Assembly (NCBI GenBank): GCA_944372325.1
Contig: CALVYR010000001.1
Location: forward strand, 35,143-99,142
Origin: an uncultured Clostridia bacterium
Lineage (GTDB): Bacteria > Bacillota > Clostridia > Christensenellales > UBA1242
Length of the DNA stretch: 64,000 nt
Direction: 5' to 3'
Positions 29,401 to 33,954 of this stretch are shown in pieces (the first letter of the stretch is position 1; every line of letters begins with the position of its first letter). The position numbers were made by a program, and so were the translations under genes. The notes beneath the pieces were generated by a model. It searched no databases. It saw only the letters and a list, made by a program, of their open reading frames with translations, and was not told where the DNA came from.

Positions 29401-31158
29401 TTTAAAGACTTCAACATTTGCTCTTAAAAGCTGACCATTAGATAGTCTAATTCTAAGTTCTCCAACCTCTTCAAAACCTGTTTTAGATACAATTTCAATG
29501 CTGTAACGGTTGAATGTTATATCCTCGCCGTTAACATTAACAACGGTAGTTCCTAGATATCTAGGAGTATCGGAAACCACTTCAAAAGCATTGCCTGAAG
29601 GTATTACACTCACCTCTCCAAGGTTTATATTTGTTGGAGCTACCAAGAATTCTACCTGTTTGGTCATTGCTTGATTAGAAGTTAAATAGTATGAGTAAGT
29701 TCCATCGTCTTCAAGTATTGCATTTCCAAAAGCAACCTGTTTAGCTCCAACTTTAGGGTCTAGCCTGAACCTTATTGAAACATCACTATTTGCTTTGGAG
29801 ACAACTGTAACATAGCTAGATGCTGTAACATCTTGATTTGCTGTAACATATATTGTAGCTCCGCTTACAGTGTCAAAGGTATAAATGCCCTCCGCATTTT
29901 GAGTTGGAGTTATCACATTACCGTTTGCATCATAGAAAGTATAGTTTTCATATGCACCAGTTTCAAGCTCTACTGTAAGTCCTCTATCACCTTCTGGAAC
30001 TGTTGTAGGTCCTATTTCAAATCTTAACTCAAGGCCTCTAACATTTGCATAGAAATCGTAAACATCAAAAGCAGAAACATCTTCTACAAGAGCGCCATCC
30101 TTATATGTTCGAATTGTAGAAACGGTATCGTAAGCAGAAATTATAAGTTTTTCAGTAGTTATCTTTTCGTTATAATCGGAATGTTTGACTTCAAATGTAA
30201 GTTCATCTGAGCCTACACTGCCTTTTGGCTTAATTGTAAAACTATATGTTGTGCCAGTTATCTGAGAAGCTACAACTTCTGCAATATTGCCGTACTTAAA
30301 TTTTGGAGTTATTATATAGTCGTCGCTGTTGGCAGAAATGTTAATAAGTATACTATTTTTGCTCTGCAAGTTGTTTGCAATTTTTAATTCGTAATATCCG
30401 CTAGCATTTTGCTCTGGGATAATTTCCTCCATAGGAATTATGTTTGCATAAAAATATGTTTGGCTAACCTCAATTGGCTCTATAATCTTTAAAGTAACCC
30501 TTGTTGTAACCTGAGGGTTAGTTTTTGAAGTAGCTATAACCTCGATTGTGTCGTTATCAGAGATGTATTCATCTGTTACTAATAGCACATTGTTTTCTAT
30601 TGATGCACCAACTACGCCATCAGGAAGAGAAAACTCTATATCTTTTTCCGTAGTATCTGAAGGTGTAAAGGCTATAAGTTCATTGGTTAAAGTTTTGGGA
30701 GTGTTTAAAACGGTGTAAGCAACAGTAAGATCAGAGCTTTGTTGCAAGTTAGTAACCCTTTTAATAGAACTAACATAAAAACTTGAACTCTTTTGCCCGT
30801 CCAAAGCTGTAACTGTTACTTGAACATTGTTTACTATGCCAGAAACTGTTATAGTTAGATTGCTAACATTTCCTCTAACAAACTCTGTAGACACTGTAAC
30901 ACGCTCGCTAGTTGAGCTAGCCATAACTTCTTTGCTAACATTGTTAGGCGCCCCCTCTACAGTAATTGGCAAAACAGAAGTTGCCGTGTTGTTATCATCT
31001 AGTTCCATAACAAGCTCGCCCTGTGTTACAGAATCTGGAAGCACGACTTTAACATTCTGATACGGATCGCCACAAGCTGTTAGCATTGTAGACATTACAA
31101 GCGCCAACATGAATACTAGTGCGATTGGACCTTTAAAAATTTTCTTTAAGAGTTTCAT
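14404..31158 (-). CDS. Giant surface lipoprotein (5,584 aa) with Ig-like region, multiple GLUG-like repeat modules and a late internal hydrophobic hairpin
   Basis: 16,755-nt uninterrupted ORF. RBS GGGGAGG precedes ATG 31158. Signal peptide ends in lipobox M-L-T-A-C (Cys29). Repeats include YVGGIAGLNTGSI, VGGLVGQMTAGTL, AGGVVGRVVGDS and AGGIVGSIIEGN. The stop lies 6 nt before the ORF-track start (14397) of the next giant gene and 18 nt before its preferred ATG 14385. Confidence 0.85.
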   Translation of the reverse strand: MKLLKKIFKGPIALVFMLALVMSTMLTACGDPYQNVKVVLPDSVTQGELVMELDDNNTATSVLPITVEGAPNNVSKEVMASSTSERVTVSTEFVRGNVSNLTITVSGIVNNVQVTVTALDGQKSSSFYVSSIKRVTNLQQSSDLTVAYTVLNTPKTLTNELIAFTPSDTTEKDIEFSLPDGVVGASIENNVLLVTDEYISDNDTIEVIATSKTNPQVTTRVTLKIIEPIEVSQTYFYANIIPMEEIIPEQNASGYYELKIANNLQSKNSILINISANSDDYIITPKFKYGNIAEVVASQITGTTYSFTIKPKGSVGSDELTFEVKHSDYNEKITTEKLIISAYDTVSTIRTYKDGALVEDVSAFDVYDFYANVRGLELRFEIGPTTVPEGDRGLTVELETGAYENYTFYDANGNVITPTQNAEGIYTFDTVSGATIYVTANQDVTASSYVTVVSKANSDVSIRFRLDPKVGAKQVAFGNAILEDDGTYSYYLTSNQAMTKQVEFLVAPTNINLGEVSVIPSGNAFEVVSDTPRYLGTTVVNVNGEDITFNRYSIEIVSKTGFEEVGELRIRLSNGQLLRANVEVFKAMDESVSISVPSPQVTSVIGNVRDAVVDGQDVFVASIKRGNSVNLNIEANTSVSVTYDFAQEIFADDYDVYSSEYQDAFLANLPTDFVNTSTILNALYLNNYNQLIVSGEGKVLVRAKISGYILDTTTGQKVSKDVYRYFVIESYIPITSMLLSRSSATLYSEDSVGDANLENSKLTFNLVFNNGDNLNQPTYDKLTWFIQNNEYGAGEHDITITYRSENITDTRTLYTVTFSQDLKQVSISAKSTYELTSGGLAIANVITDSLLARASEFNSEVNRSFLLTIRKANKVENIILDNVTVETGIYLEIERDLEDSQDQQYDINAHADTSNNPLNTNLIYEFIPNDGTSSNVITLNRTTGLVTLSRNQTIGGSGYIRVAPEDSYIGGRYVPGDVDVAKYIPITIADGRSRETSYRISNIDTLRTWIQTYPELYYTLTIDVIELNEAITTPLDTLDGNTVVFTGGLFGKLVSEETCHTLLINGTSLFTVLGENAVIEDITLIGQATQGFVAQENRGTIRNVTVDTWSNGDEYLPSTVTQASTETITGGIVAINSGIISNVKFYGSIENTNATSYVGGIAGLNTGSIEYAEVEFYRYSNSISNYNGTTVGGLVGQMTAGTLNYSYAYSYVKPLQDGEGNNIANSDTVLTGTNIGALVGEILGGNVNASFAKVNTSNFVGNSSGLSYLQNAYIFTNDIKNPYKIIANYSEIATPSTYPDLKNVYKDISFGSNQLWNFSANVNNGYPYFNAIMQDAELDDISEFNILNTDLTLTDDNGNVIFFYYEANGMTLTDMENAVLASWNSVNFTSLFGVTNTSSIRITVGDAPIFAGSNYISIQDVLNGSFTFSVFSKYDYTLKKDFNATIIYKISDYTLSYYGTELGSSTDISIKYGSSDVVSTSISTSRIATNRAINLTQNDITVEASISGNTGLIVDGTQIGVHNILTAGMENFVQDPISVSLTLNVANLADPFKAIITENFTKQFRVQLFNGADAIEPETDELSIEPVDSFAQTVDVTLYTDNNDIHDLVASVINDEKLKADGYSDYNGVTIITDHRIEDPDDENYITQSPYYAGITNIDIYDTYREFTNGYVVVRIENPSVIAYTDKTMSTIVSDITSDTAKYFKQTYKVSFGIVDDNAIRSRDFNGKLFEILLYADSTGVSTQFDLTVETQKLSYINTTHYSLDTALWGGTGDNQRLYYTYDNIPESLLAPGKEGLLNVELYPAYSNYSYIEITTRTVLGSSYQVRLGLMEKVEGSNSYIRKTTGYETITNGIRVFNPNLANSIGSLYLRTFIPSSIDEDSTYEITIIAYNDNSDALKTDTFMLSVQHVAKPELTVNGSKQAIIPRGGSGEVTITVNADQNIDSLTINGIESGNASYDPLTYTIDETTGLKHYTTTVYLSSDLVAFEGNNYITISAETTRTINGTVERATDTVYVAVVDFVINTENTQLKTDAFNKDVLTLYVGTTQKLEFDFDIDFYLTNDSLNSFYNYNYYNSNPQAEDQTGNYIVNGFYDSMPYDFDYDSSNSTVLANFIDNLYYADTYNPDRIELSKVFNRESGQVSSNNFCAFTFDGSDLYVRGLQATNTSLEMLLRIPIQIPNGTDEPTKTYLEYYFTIDVVLETNEDKPIIIDTAEKFNDLRNATEPLDYILTEDIYLLDYEPFSTSGIRSLDGNNKTIHILSYAIPTEEASISLALFDEVTEDTTLKNVRVNTFYGGKIDLNMTNVTSVDIAGFAITNNGTITNCEVVSYSYTGADRPVPDVPGLTVNYGYSSINVENVHSRVAGFVINNENGSITNSRVGGTSLEIANGTAITPTVFNIVAQGNVAGFVYENSGTIASSFFMNGTITNQTSSGSDTSTAGFAVSNNGTIRLSYARGVYASDSEIHATGGGIETASVAAGFVYENGGTVEDSYSNIMLTTIGDKESGRLSAGFVYINNTNGVVRRSYSASRIENSNSTQMNFLGVDVNLDLQNYGLVENCYYYNSDTSLDDEYAASDMESLYDTSVNRVLDPDVRDSFYGFAFSNSSVVGYTSDGVWYMTSRGPELVSANNIAVSSRILVVEETNAEGEIVDYSFSYADGYRYGSSKNPIIIRDETEFNQVFGGDTANVSSSVAYYYDLVENKVYGNYRIVNDIDLTNLLSDETGLTLRSTEMSLTPTYSNQNEINGLGLLDGNGFTISGIELVSTLGGSNTSYGLFKELENGAVVMNLNLEIEGVNATGVNYVGALAGTVTDSRVINVSVSSGSADQNAVIYGYNIAGGVVGRVVGDSYLSNISVENLTVIAGNDVGAVEQQFYNRVIRNNISYAGGVAGVIDIYTNVNDYRFSSGLSDPNVVALKASGNMNVYGATVGGIVGFLGPQTMLQDALFEISSSQDNYSQKLIAYKFSAGGIVGENYGYLFMVRSEHSSEDQLAIENGYSTYYNNPSETVNRGNLTLFEYEDNTNYTPKYIGGIVGEFVTGRLEKSYSKLNVRSSVASYAGGIIGGITGRDNSALGGLEDYGNAQTLSLSFIELYSTGDLLASEGAGGIFGYIEEDVWNKISLEKINALNYLSVPTTEGTASGEYSIVDDKAYINNVYDIYYMPEDSGLINITLNQTTYDVHALEGFTVNDTTYYFNNSRSSGVTATSGNIISEAVQKVSELKNSNNADYSNEMSKIFRNAGWDQEYWFTETDTDVPHLFPHLTFRIEPSVIYIREASDLEYLQLYKNKTFIIIGQDGDGIVQVGDWLATTRQGFTVAGFSGLLRGRDDSGNYGLDFTVTNSTNLITSPLFESTYTGTQFSNFVIKGMGASTGIEDAKPNINAILVESATGTTFDNITIEDCSIAPTMSSGLSEAYNVGLLVGSASRCSFSNISFEGTNNEIDLTINYDNVPTSNFTVSVGMVAGNIGASTSSSSTMTVVSGIKFGAGATSAYGSNINIAFTGNTSTEKPLTLNVGHIAGSTGGMDLDLVNYEEDDNFFNLRTKIDTQDKNLIDTLNAGGLFGITNGILEANLLQRVAEQNNLSINYKLDGDDEETADKIEAVTAKFASVGGLFGRITGSTNSQFTVEAISLDNPTFRYYVNNEIYLNITGVEDSTSVSGSTNNKFFFYGGAIGRVDGSILLNNIQTEGTTTINSSALSYVGGVVGYVGQRFNATNLISGNNVNFTQNSSVTAKNNIFGGIVAVIDFKYGSVDILDTTISSITSSLNESLFNVSSKDLFYGGFVGLIPEQNASNNTQPLLKITNSVSGGGLEVGDKLIVNSAKAGGLVGSLDGNSDSSTSNTANIDISSNVVYTDLQFKIKPANIYLGGIIGIGVQGAQLYTNYSLASIIYPYARTSADNIGVIAIGVIAGSLNGTTNNGGMENYYSNQLSLMTASDSEVEANSLKATNISYGRILEVVTSTESGLGVSNLITSAHFGSKLNPFYVKDNSIEINLNGNRQPVARYNETENTWAIENNTDAPDSVYNTYLGSAGDDPFSTNTVERKYFKVETSTDSTFARNLYNLNLVNSAIFGDGTKIQITSETPEDGSSNYIANTFINELDSDSFVTGVSVLVDTRANNDSEHFTGISTGTGESQVNTGTVYYAGLVGINEGIVYACNSINSTEASDDPEIESTKGLSGGISVNNIPETIVSGLLTYDIQELVVGGLVAINEATGYISESFSMVDIVTDDSVIDNAYLGGLVGKNRGQIDSCYSTGYIQSNLTSPAEKEKVYSFSYDENSATVANSYTIAKAKSRLHNSDTGVFGVGANSSNYYDKSATENTSKNGTVLTVDQMSAYTVSTDGTSFSINTEVLTATTTNNGVTVSKYLSPVKFAQDPSINYGYPYFGGTAYTSSDSNSEYMEIDTGDGTQNNPFQIPSAGKWQQLTKAGDNSASVTIGTQTKYMYSWSANYELVYDIDFTNTGITSVTAVGTAQKTGSISDADHNYFIGSFNGNNKTISNINIANSSENAVGLFGYVGETGTNPTFVTIENVIVANSTITAKKADASTTSAGSIVGIGRNLTITNCHSVNNNVTAFNNAGGIVGSIIEGNVLIEQCSNTGSSGKIFSNGKCTTDIPNTLTTAGGILGYVIDRTGDENTNIITIFVTIEECYNTGNIVAGQETTTEANLPLYAYASGILGTSAIITDYGNNDGAEIIPSIIMDKKYVVINNCYNKGYILSNAKEPIPVNKEYKAVKIGDDGKITINTAYKLVSSFYILERKYGENAIGTRSNFRYNVYLINVHMLMRESYASGIGTNCSINACYNYGVVQNNEEDVDEFIKTEAGTTNSRIDFTMSGIAFDDNDLEKIGDKAEDVNNYNFSIINSTEEDVRVLSDKLYAQIVNVVKTGKVYLDEDSILDTLGESAAIQGIIYSIGSALLLKAGIAAAGTVPVVGWIVVGVAILVEIGCALFLPDDKQNYFLLYSGESEDSSAYNITINSSHGSQSYYFVDSYSQNLLSNNNNDFYSSSTNYLNLNLSSEMRKIYTDSFVAPIGYKSNINGSYFLEDNAFVSSDDIYDYNYGYNNLGGEPNSKKSYENLTNSNNYQSEVTFNYSYIESDAVDGYYTYYLEEDEMSVSKDNVSTNPNDVNKDYSLITHMGQQYLYKNLIYDVGNATEQSLKKYAWQLDGQINRIYSLDDYVVIKMPTEGNSDGILISNDNSDQSFIKIYYKNEFDLTPVYEVEGDPTSRITGYTITNPYVVIYERETSPEVYENPVHVRLADEITITVGDDGLYEDANMINHRDLYAGMFKLKGTLPSAQTTLTSLRRVQFSDITLAQIYQIPNQNSDSYTTLYIGEILGECYTINFDEDEGRAYFTLNSGYNDSNLQLDRGIALYVYNQGTNGNSSTISINPDYIFPEGEDIAESSLAYLVYREKDDAYIIGYYRADRRISADENVAKIDRGNKTITVNYWSIGNDTSPWAIDPAINDGLPYLKNLPIEFSYIDYDVATKEYSIYTTPIEAEGKTLAEGESFVAFNDGYRVVDDTDVPYIGYIQNGDNITYVVYYDETNKKYWTSWEDFNVAETKFSSDFYTYSSRTNGLLFLKLTNS

Positions 31159-31234
31159 TTTTCCTCCCCTTTATTTTGCATCAATAAAAAATAAATAACC
31201 AAAAAATCGACACAAAGTTAAATATTTTTATTAT

Positions 31235-31263
31235 ATTATATAAAAACATAGTTTTTATGTCAA
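31235..31263 (-). promoter_or_regulatory. Consensus sigma-A promoter of the giant-gene operon
   Basis: On the minus strand, TTGACA (31263-31258) is followed by exactly 17 nt and TATAAT (31240-31235). This is about 75 nt upstream of ATG 31158. Confidence 0.7.
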
Positions 31264-31350
31264 ATCTATTTTGCTAGTTTTGATTAAAAATATATATTTT
31301 TTTGACATCAAATTATTGCTTTTTCAAAGAATATTTAGTATGATTTTAGC

Positions 31351-32061
31351 ATGAATATTCAAAGAGCTATAAGTGCAATGCATAGAGGAATAGAAAAGTT
31401 TAATTTTATTGAAGATGGCGACAGGGTTGCCATAGGCCTTTCCGGCGGGAAAGACAGCATGCTTCTCACCGCATGTTTAGGCACATACAGGCGTTTTAGC
31501 AATAAAAAGTTTTCACTTATGGCACTATGCATAGACACCTTTAACGACGCGAACAAAGAGGCTTTACAAGCCTTCTGCAAAGAATATAGTGTGGAACTTA
31601 AGATAATTCCCTCAAACATCGGCGAAGTTGTGTTTGATATCAGAAAAGAGAAAAACCCCTGCAGTTTATGCGCAAAAATGAGGCGTGGAGCACTTTGCTC
31701 AGCCTGCAATGAACTTGGCTACAACAAGTTAGCACTTGCTCATAACGCAGATGATATGATAGAAACTTTTATGCTAAGTTTGAGCCATGAAAATAGGTTA
31801 AATGCCATGCAACCAAAAAGCTATATGTCTAAAACGGATGTTACAGTTATACGCCCATTAATCTTTCTTTGGGAAAACCAAATTAAGGAGTACACAAAAG
31901 ACTTTAAGATATTAAAAAACTCCTGTCCTATAGACAGAAAAACAGAGCGTGAAAATATGAAAGAAACTATTAAAAAAATTAATAAAATATTCCCAGATTT
32001 TAATAAAAAATTATTTGAAGCAATAATAAATTATGAGCGTTATAATTTAATAAAAAATTAA
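31351..32061 (+). CDS. PP-loop ATPase of the TtcA (tRNA 2-thiocytidine) family
   Basis: Contains PP-loop SGGKDS, the CSLC motif with MRRGAL, and ALAHNADD. Confidence 0.8.
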   Translation: MNIQRAISAMHRGIEKFNFIEDGDRVAIGLSGGKDSMLLTACLGTYRRFSNKKFSLMALCIDTFNDANKEALQAFCKEYSVELKIIPSNIGEVVFDIRKEKNPCSLCAKMRRGALCSACNELGYNKLALAHNADDMIETFMLSLSHENRLNAMQPKSYMSKTDVTVIRPLIFLWENQIKEYTKDFKILKNSCPIDRKTERENMKETIKKINKIFPDFNKKLFEAIINYERYNLIKN

Positions 32062-32081
32062 AAAAATAATCAAAAAATAAC

Positions 32082-32120
32082 AAAAAATGGGCTGAAATTT
32101 CAATTTTTTGCCCATTTTTT
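32082..32120. terminator. Probable bidirectional terminator (TtcA-like gene / spoIIID)
   Basis: aaaaaatgggc (32082-32092) pairs with gcccatttttt (32110-32120). The intervening loop is long and itself palindromic. Confidence 0.5.
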
Positions 32121-32142
32121 AATAAATTTTACATTTTTAAAG

Positions 32143-32400
32143 CTATTTTTTATTAATTTTTAAATATTTATTTTTAGTAGAATTTCCGCCTCTTATATGT
32201 TTTTCATTAAAGTTTTTTTCTAATATTTTATTTACCTTTTTATATAAATTATAATCTATTTTTTTTAGCCTATAACTAACATCATAGTGAACTGTACTTT
32301 TACTTATACCAAATATAAACGCCGTTTGCCTGACAGTGTCACCAGATTCTAAAATATGATTAGCTAAAGTTACTGCTCTTTCATTAATATCTGCTTTCAA
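32143..32400 (-). CDS. spoIIID: Stage III sporulation protein D (SpoIIID), small HTH transcription factor
   Basis: 85 aa. TTG start at 32400 follows GGGGGTG. The HTH segment VRQTAFIFGISKSTVHYDV and the C-terminal HIRGGNSTKNKY match the SpoIIID pattern. Confidence 0.9.
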   Translation of the reverse strand: MKADINERAVTLANHILESGDTVRQTAFIFGISKSTVHYDVSYRLKKIDYNLYKKVNKILEKNFNEKHIRGGNSTKNKYLKINKK

Positions 32401-32421
32401 TAGTCACCCCCATTTTCTATC

Positions 32422-32451
32422 ATAATATGAGGGTTTTTGACAAAATATGAC
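32422..32451 (-). promoter_or_regulatory. Sigma-E-like (mother-cell) promoter upstream of spoIIID
   Basis: On the minus strand, GTCATATT (32451-32444) is followed by 14 nt and CATATTAT (32429-32422). Compare the Bacillus sigma-E consensus kmATATT-14-CATACAhT. Confidence 0.45.
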
Positions 32452-32463
32452 AAGCTAAATTAA

Positions 32464-32490
32464 ATAAAAAGCCTTGGAATAACCAAGGCA
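32464..32490 (-). terminator. Terminator after acpP
   Basis: Stem gccttgg (32471-32477) / ccaaggc (32483-32489), followed on the minus strand by a T5 run. Confidence 0.7.
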
Positions 32491-32495
32491 CTAAT

Positions 32496-32723
32496 CTATT
32501 GTTTACTTTCTATTACTTTAATAATCTCAGCAACAGTTTTCATGTTTACTGTTTCTTCATCTGGTATGCTAATTCCAAATTCCTCTTCAAGCGTCATCAA
32601 CATTTCAACGATATCTAGAGAATCTGCACCTAAGTCTTCAACAAGCCTTGAGCCGTCTTCAACTTTTTCTACAGGAATATTTAGTTGTGATGCAATAAGA
32701 GATTTAACTTTTTCTTCAACCAT
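32496..32723 (-). CDS. acpP: Acyl carrier protein
   Basis: 75 aa from ATG 32723, preceded by AAGGAGG. The ORF-track start at 32777 lies inside the promoter. Phosphopantetheine attachment motif LGADSLDIVEMLMTLEEEF is present. Confidence 0.9.
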   Translation of the reverse strand: MVEEKVKSLIASQLNIPVEKVEDGSRLVEDLGADSLDIVEMLMTLEEEFGISIPDEETVNMKTVAEIIKVIESKQ

Positions 32724-32748
32724 TTTCTCCTCCTTACAAATCAAACTT

Positions 32749-32777
32749 ATTATATCACAATAATAATATGAAATCAA
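32749..32777 (-). promoter_or_regulatory. Putative sigma-A promoter of acpP
   Basis: On the minus strand, TTGATT (32777-32772) is followed by 17 nt and TATAAT (32754-32749). Confidence 0.5.
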
Positions 32778-32826
32778 CCATAAATTGATGACAAAATAAA
32801 AAAATGCGGTGTTTTACCGCAGTTTT

Positions 32827-33408
32827 TTACTTAGGCTCTAATTCTAAATAGTTGTTTGGGTCTATTTTAGAACCATTTTCAATAAGCTCAAAGTGTAAGT
32901 GAGCTCCTGTTGCTGTTTCATTTCCAGCAGTATCTGAAGCATTACCTATTTGGTCACCCTTTTTAACCTTATCACCCTGTTTTACTTTTACATCAGATAA
33001 TGAGCTATAAACGCTCTCAAGTCCGCTGGAATGTTCTATAACAACTTTTGTTCCCTCGAAAACATCTTCAGTTACAGATATCACTTCACCATCAGCTATA
33101 GCAAACACTATTGGGTTATCTGAAGTTAAATCCATACCCTCATGGGTTTCCCACCAACCATAGGTTGCATTCCACATAACATCAGTTCCAGAAAAGTCTT
33201 TTACAATGCTTGGGTTTTCCATAGGCAAAGTAAAGCTTAAGGTTTCTGGACCTGACACACTTACAACTGGGTTATCCGCAGGGTTTGTGCTGAGTGTGTT
33301 ATCTTCTGTTCCAGCTACTATACCGATAGTTACACCTAGTGCAATTACAAGCACTCCTACCATGCAATAGTAACCATACTTTTTCATGAAAAGTTTAAAT
33401 TTGTTCAT
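32827..33408 (-). CDS. Membrane-anchored M23/LytM peptidase, possibly a SpoIIQ-like forespore protein
   Basis: ATG 33408 is preceded by GGGAGG. An N-terminal TM segment (YYCMVGVLVIALGVTIGIVAG) is present. Intact HxxxD (HEGMD) and HxH (HLHFE) motifs. The gene is located next to spoIIID. Confidence 0.8.
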   Translation of the reverse strand: MNKFKLFMKKYGYYCMVGVLVIALGVTIGIVAGTEDNTLSTNPADNPVVSVSGPETLSFTLPMENPSIVKDFSGTDVMWNATYGWWETHEGMDLTSDNPIVFAIADGEVISVTEDVFEGTKVVIEHSSGLESVYSSLSDVKVKQGDKVKKGDQIGNASDTAGNETATGAHLHFELIENGSKIDPNNYLELEPK

Positions 33409-33459
33409 AATTTCCTCCCGCAAAAATTATTGACACAAAATTTAAACTTTAAACATTTT

Positions 33460-33918
33460 TTAATAAGAACCTAAAATTATTGGATACCCCACAATAAGTT
33501 TTCCCTGAATATCATCATATGCAACTTGAATGTTTACCTTTTTTCCGTTTAAAAACAAGAATTTGTCCTGCCCTGTAATGTAACCATAAAAAGTGCAATA
33601 ATTATCATCTTCTTGAATATTCTGTATTTTTACATCTTCTTTTAAACTTTCATATGTACTAAATTGCTCATCAAAAATAAATGTAACACCATATATGCCA
33701 CCAACTTCATTCATTATTGCATTAAAGCTATTTTCATTTGCTTTAACAATATAGCCTTCACCATTTTTTATAACTTCGCCTTTAATATTGTTTGAAATAT
33801 CTGTAACAAAAAGCTCTGCAGTAAAACTTAAATTCAAATCAAAAAACTTAATTTCCTTTCCAAGTGAGCAAATTGCTACAATTATTAATAGAAATATAAA
33901 AACAATCAGTTTTTTCAC
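33460..33918 (-). CDS. Small secreted protein, possibly YwmB/DUF1779-like
   Basis: Signal-like N-terminus MKKLIVFIFLLIIVAICS. The C-terminus KVNIQVAYDDIQGKLIVGYPIILGSY resembles the YwmB family end. Weak assignment. Confidence 0.45.
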   Translation of the reverse strand: MKKLIVFIFLLIIVAICSLGKEIKFFDLNLSFTAELFVTDISNNIKGEVIKNGEGYIVKANENSFNAIMNEVGGIYGVTFIFDEQFSTYESLKEDVKIQNIQEDDNYCTFYGYITGQDKFLFLNGKKVNIQVAYDDIQGKLIVGYPIILGSY

Positions 33919-33954
33919 AAAAATAGTTTAGACACTATTTTTTAGTTTTAAACA

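Noticed and set aside
4690-31158. About 20 ORFs of 60-135 aa on the opposite strand or in other frames inside the two giant genes (e.g. 13448-13738, 13919-14245, 17303-17710, 14421-14636)
   Set aside because: All are fully embedded in very long ORFs with coherent repeat and domain structure. Their translations are low-complexity mirror images of the repeats, and none has a convincing RBS.
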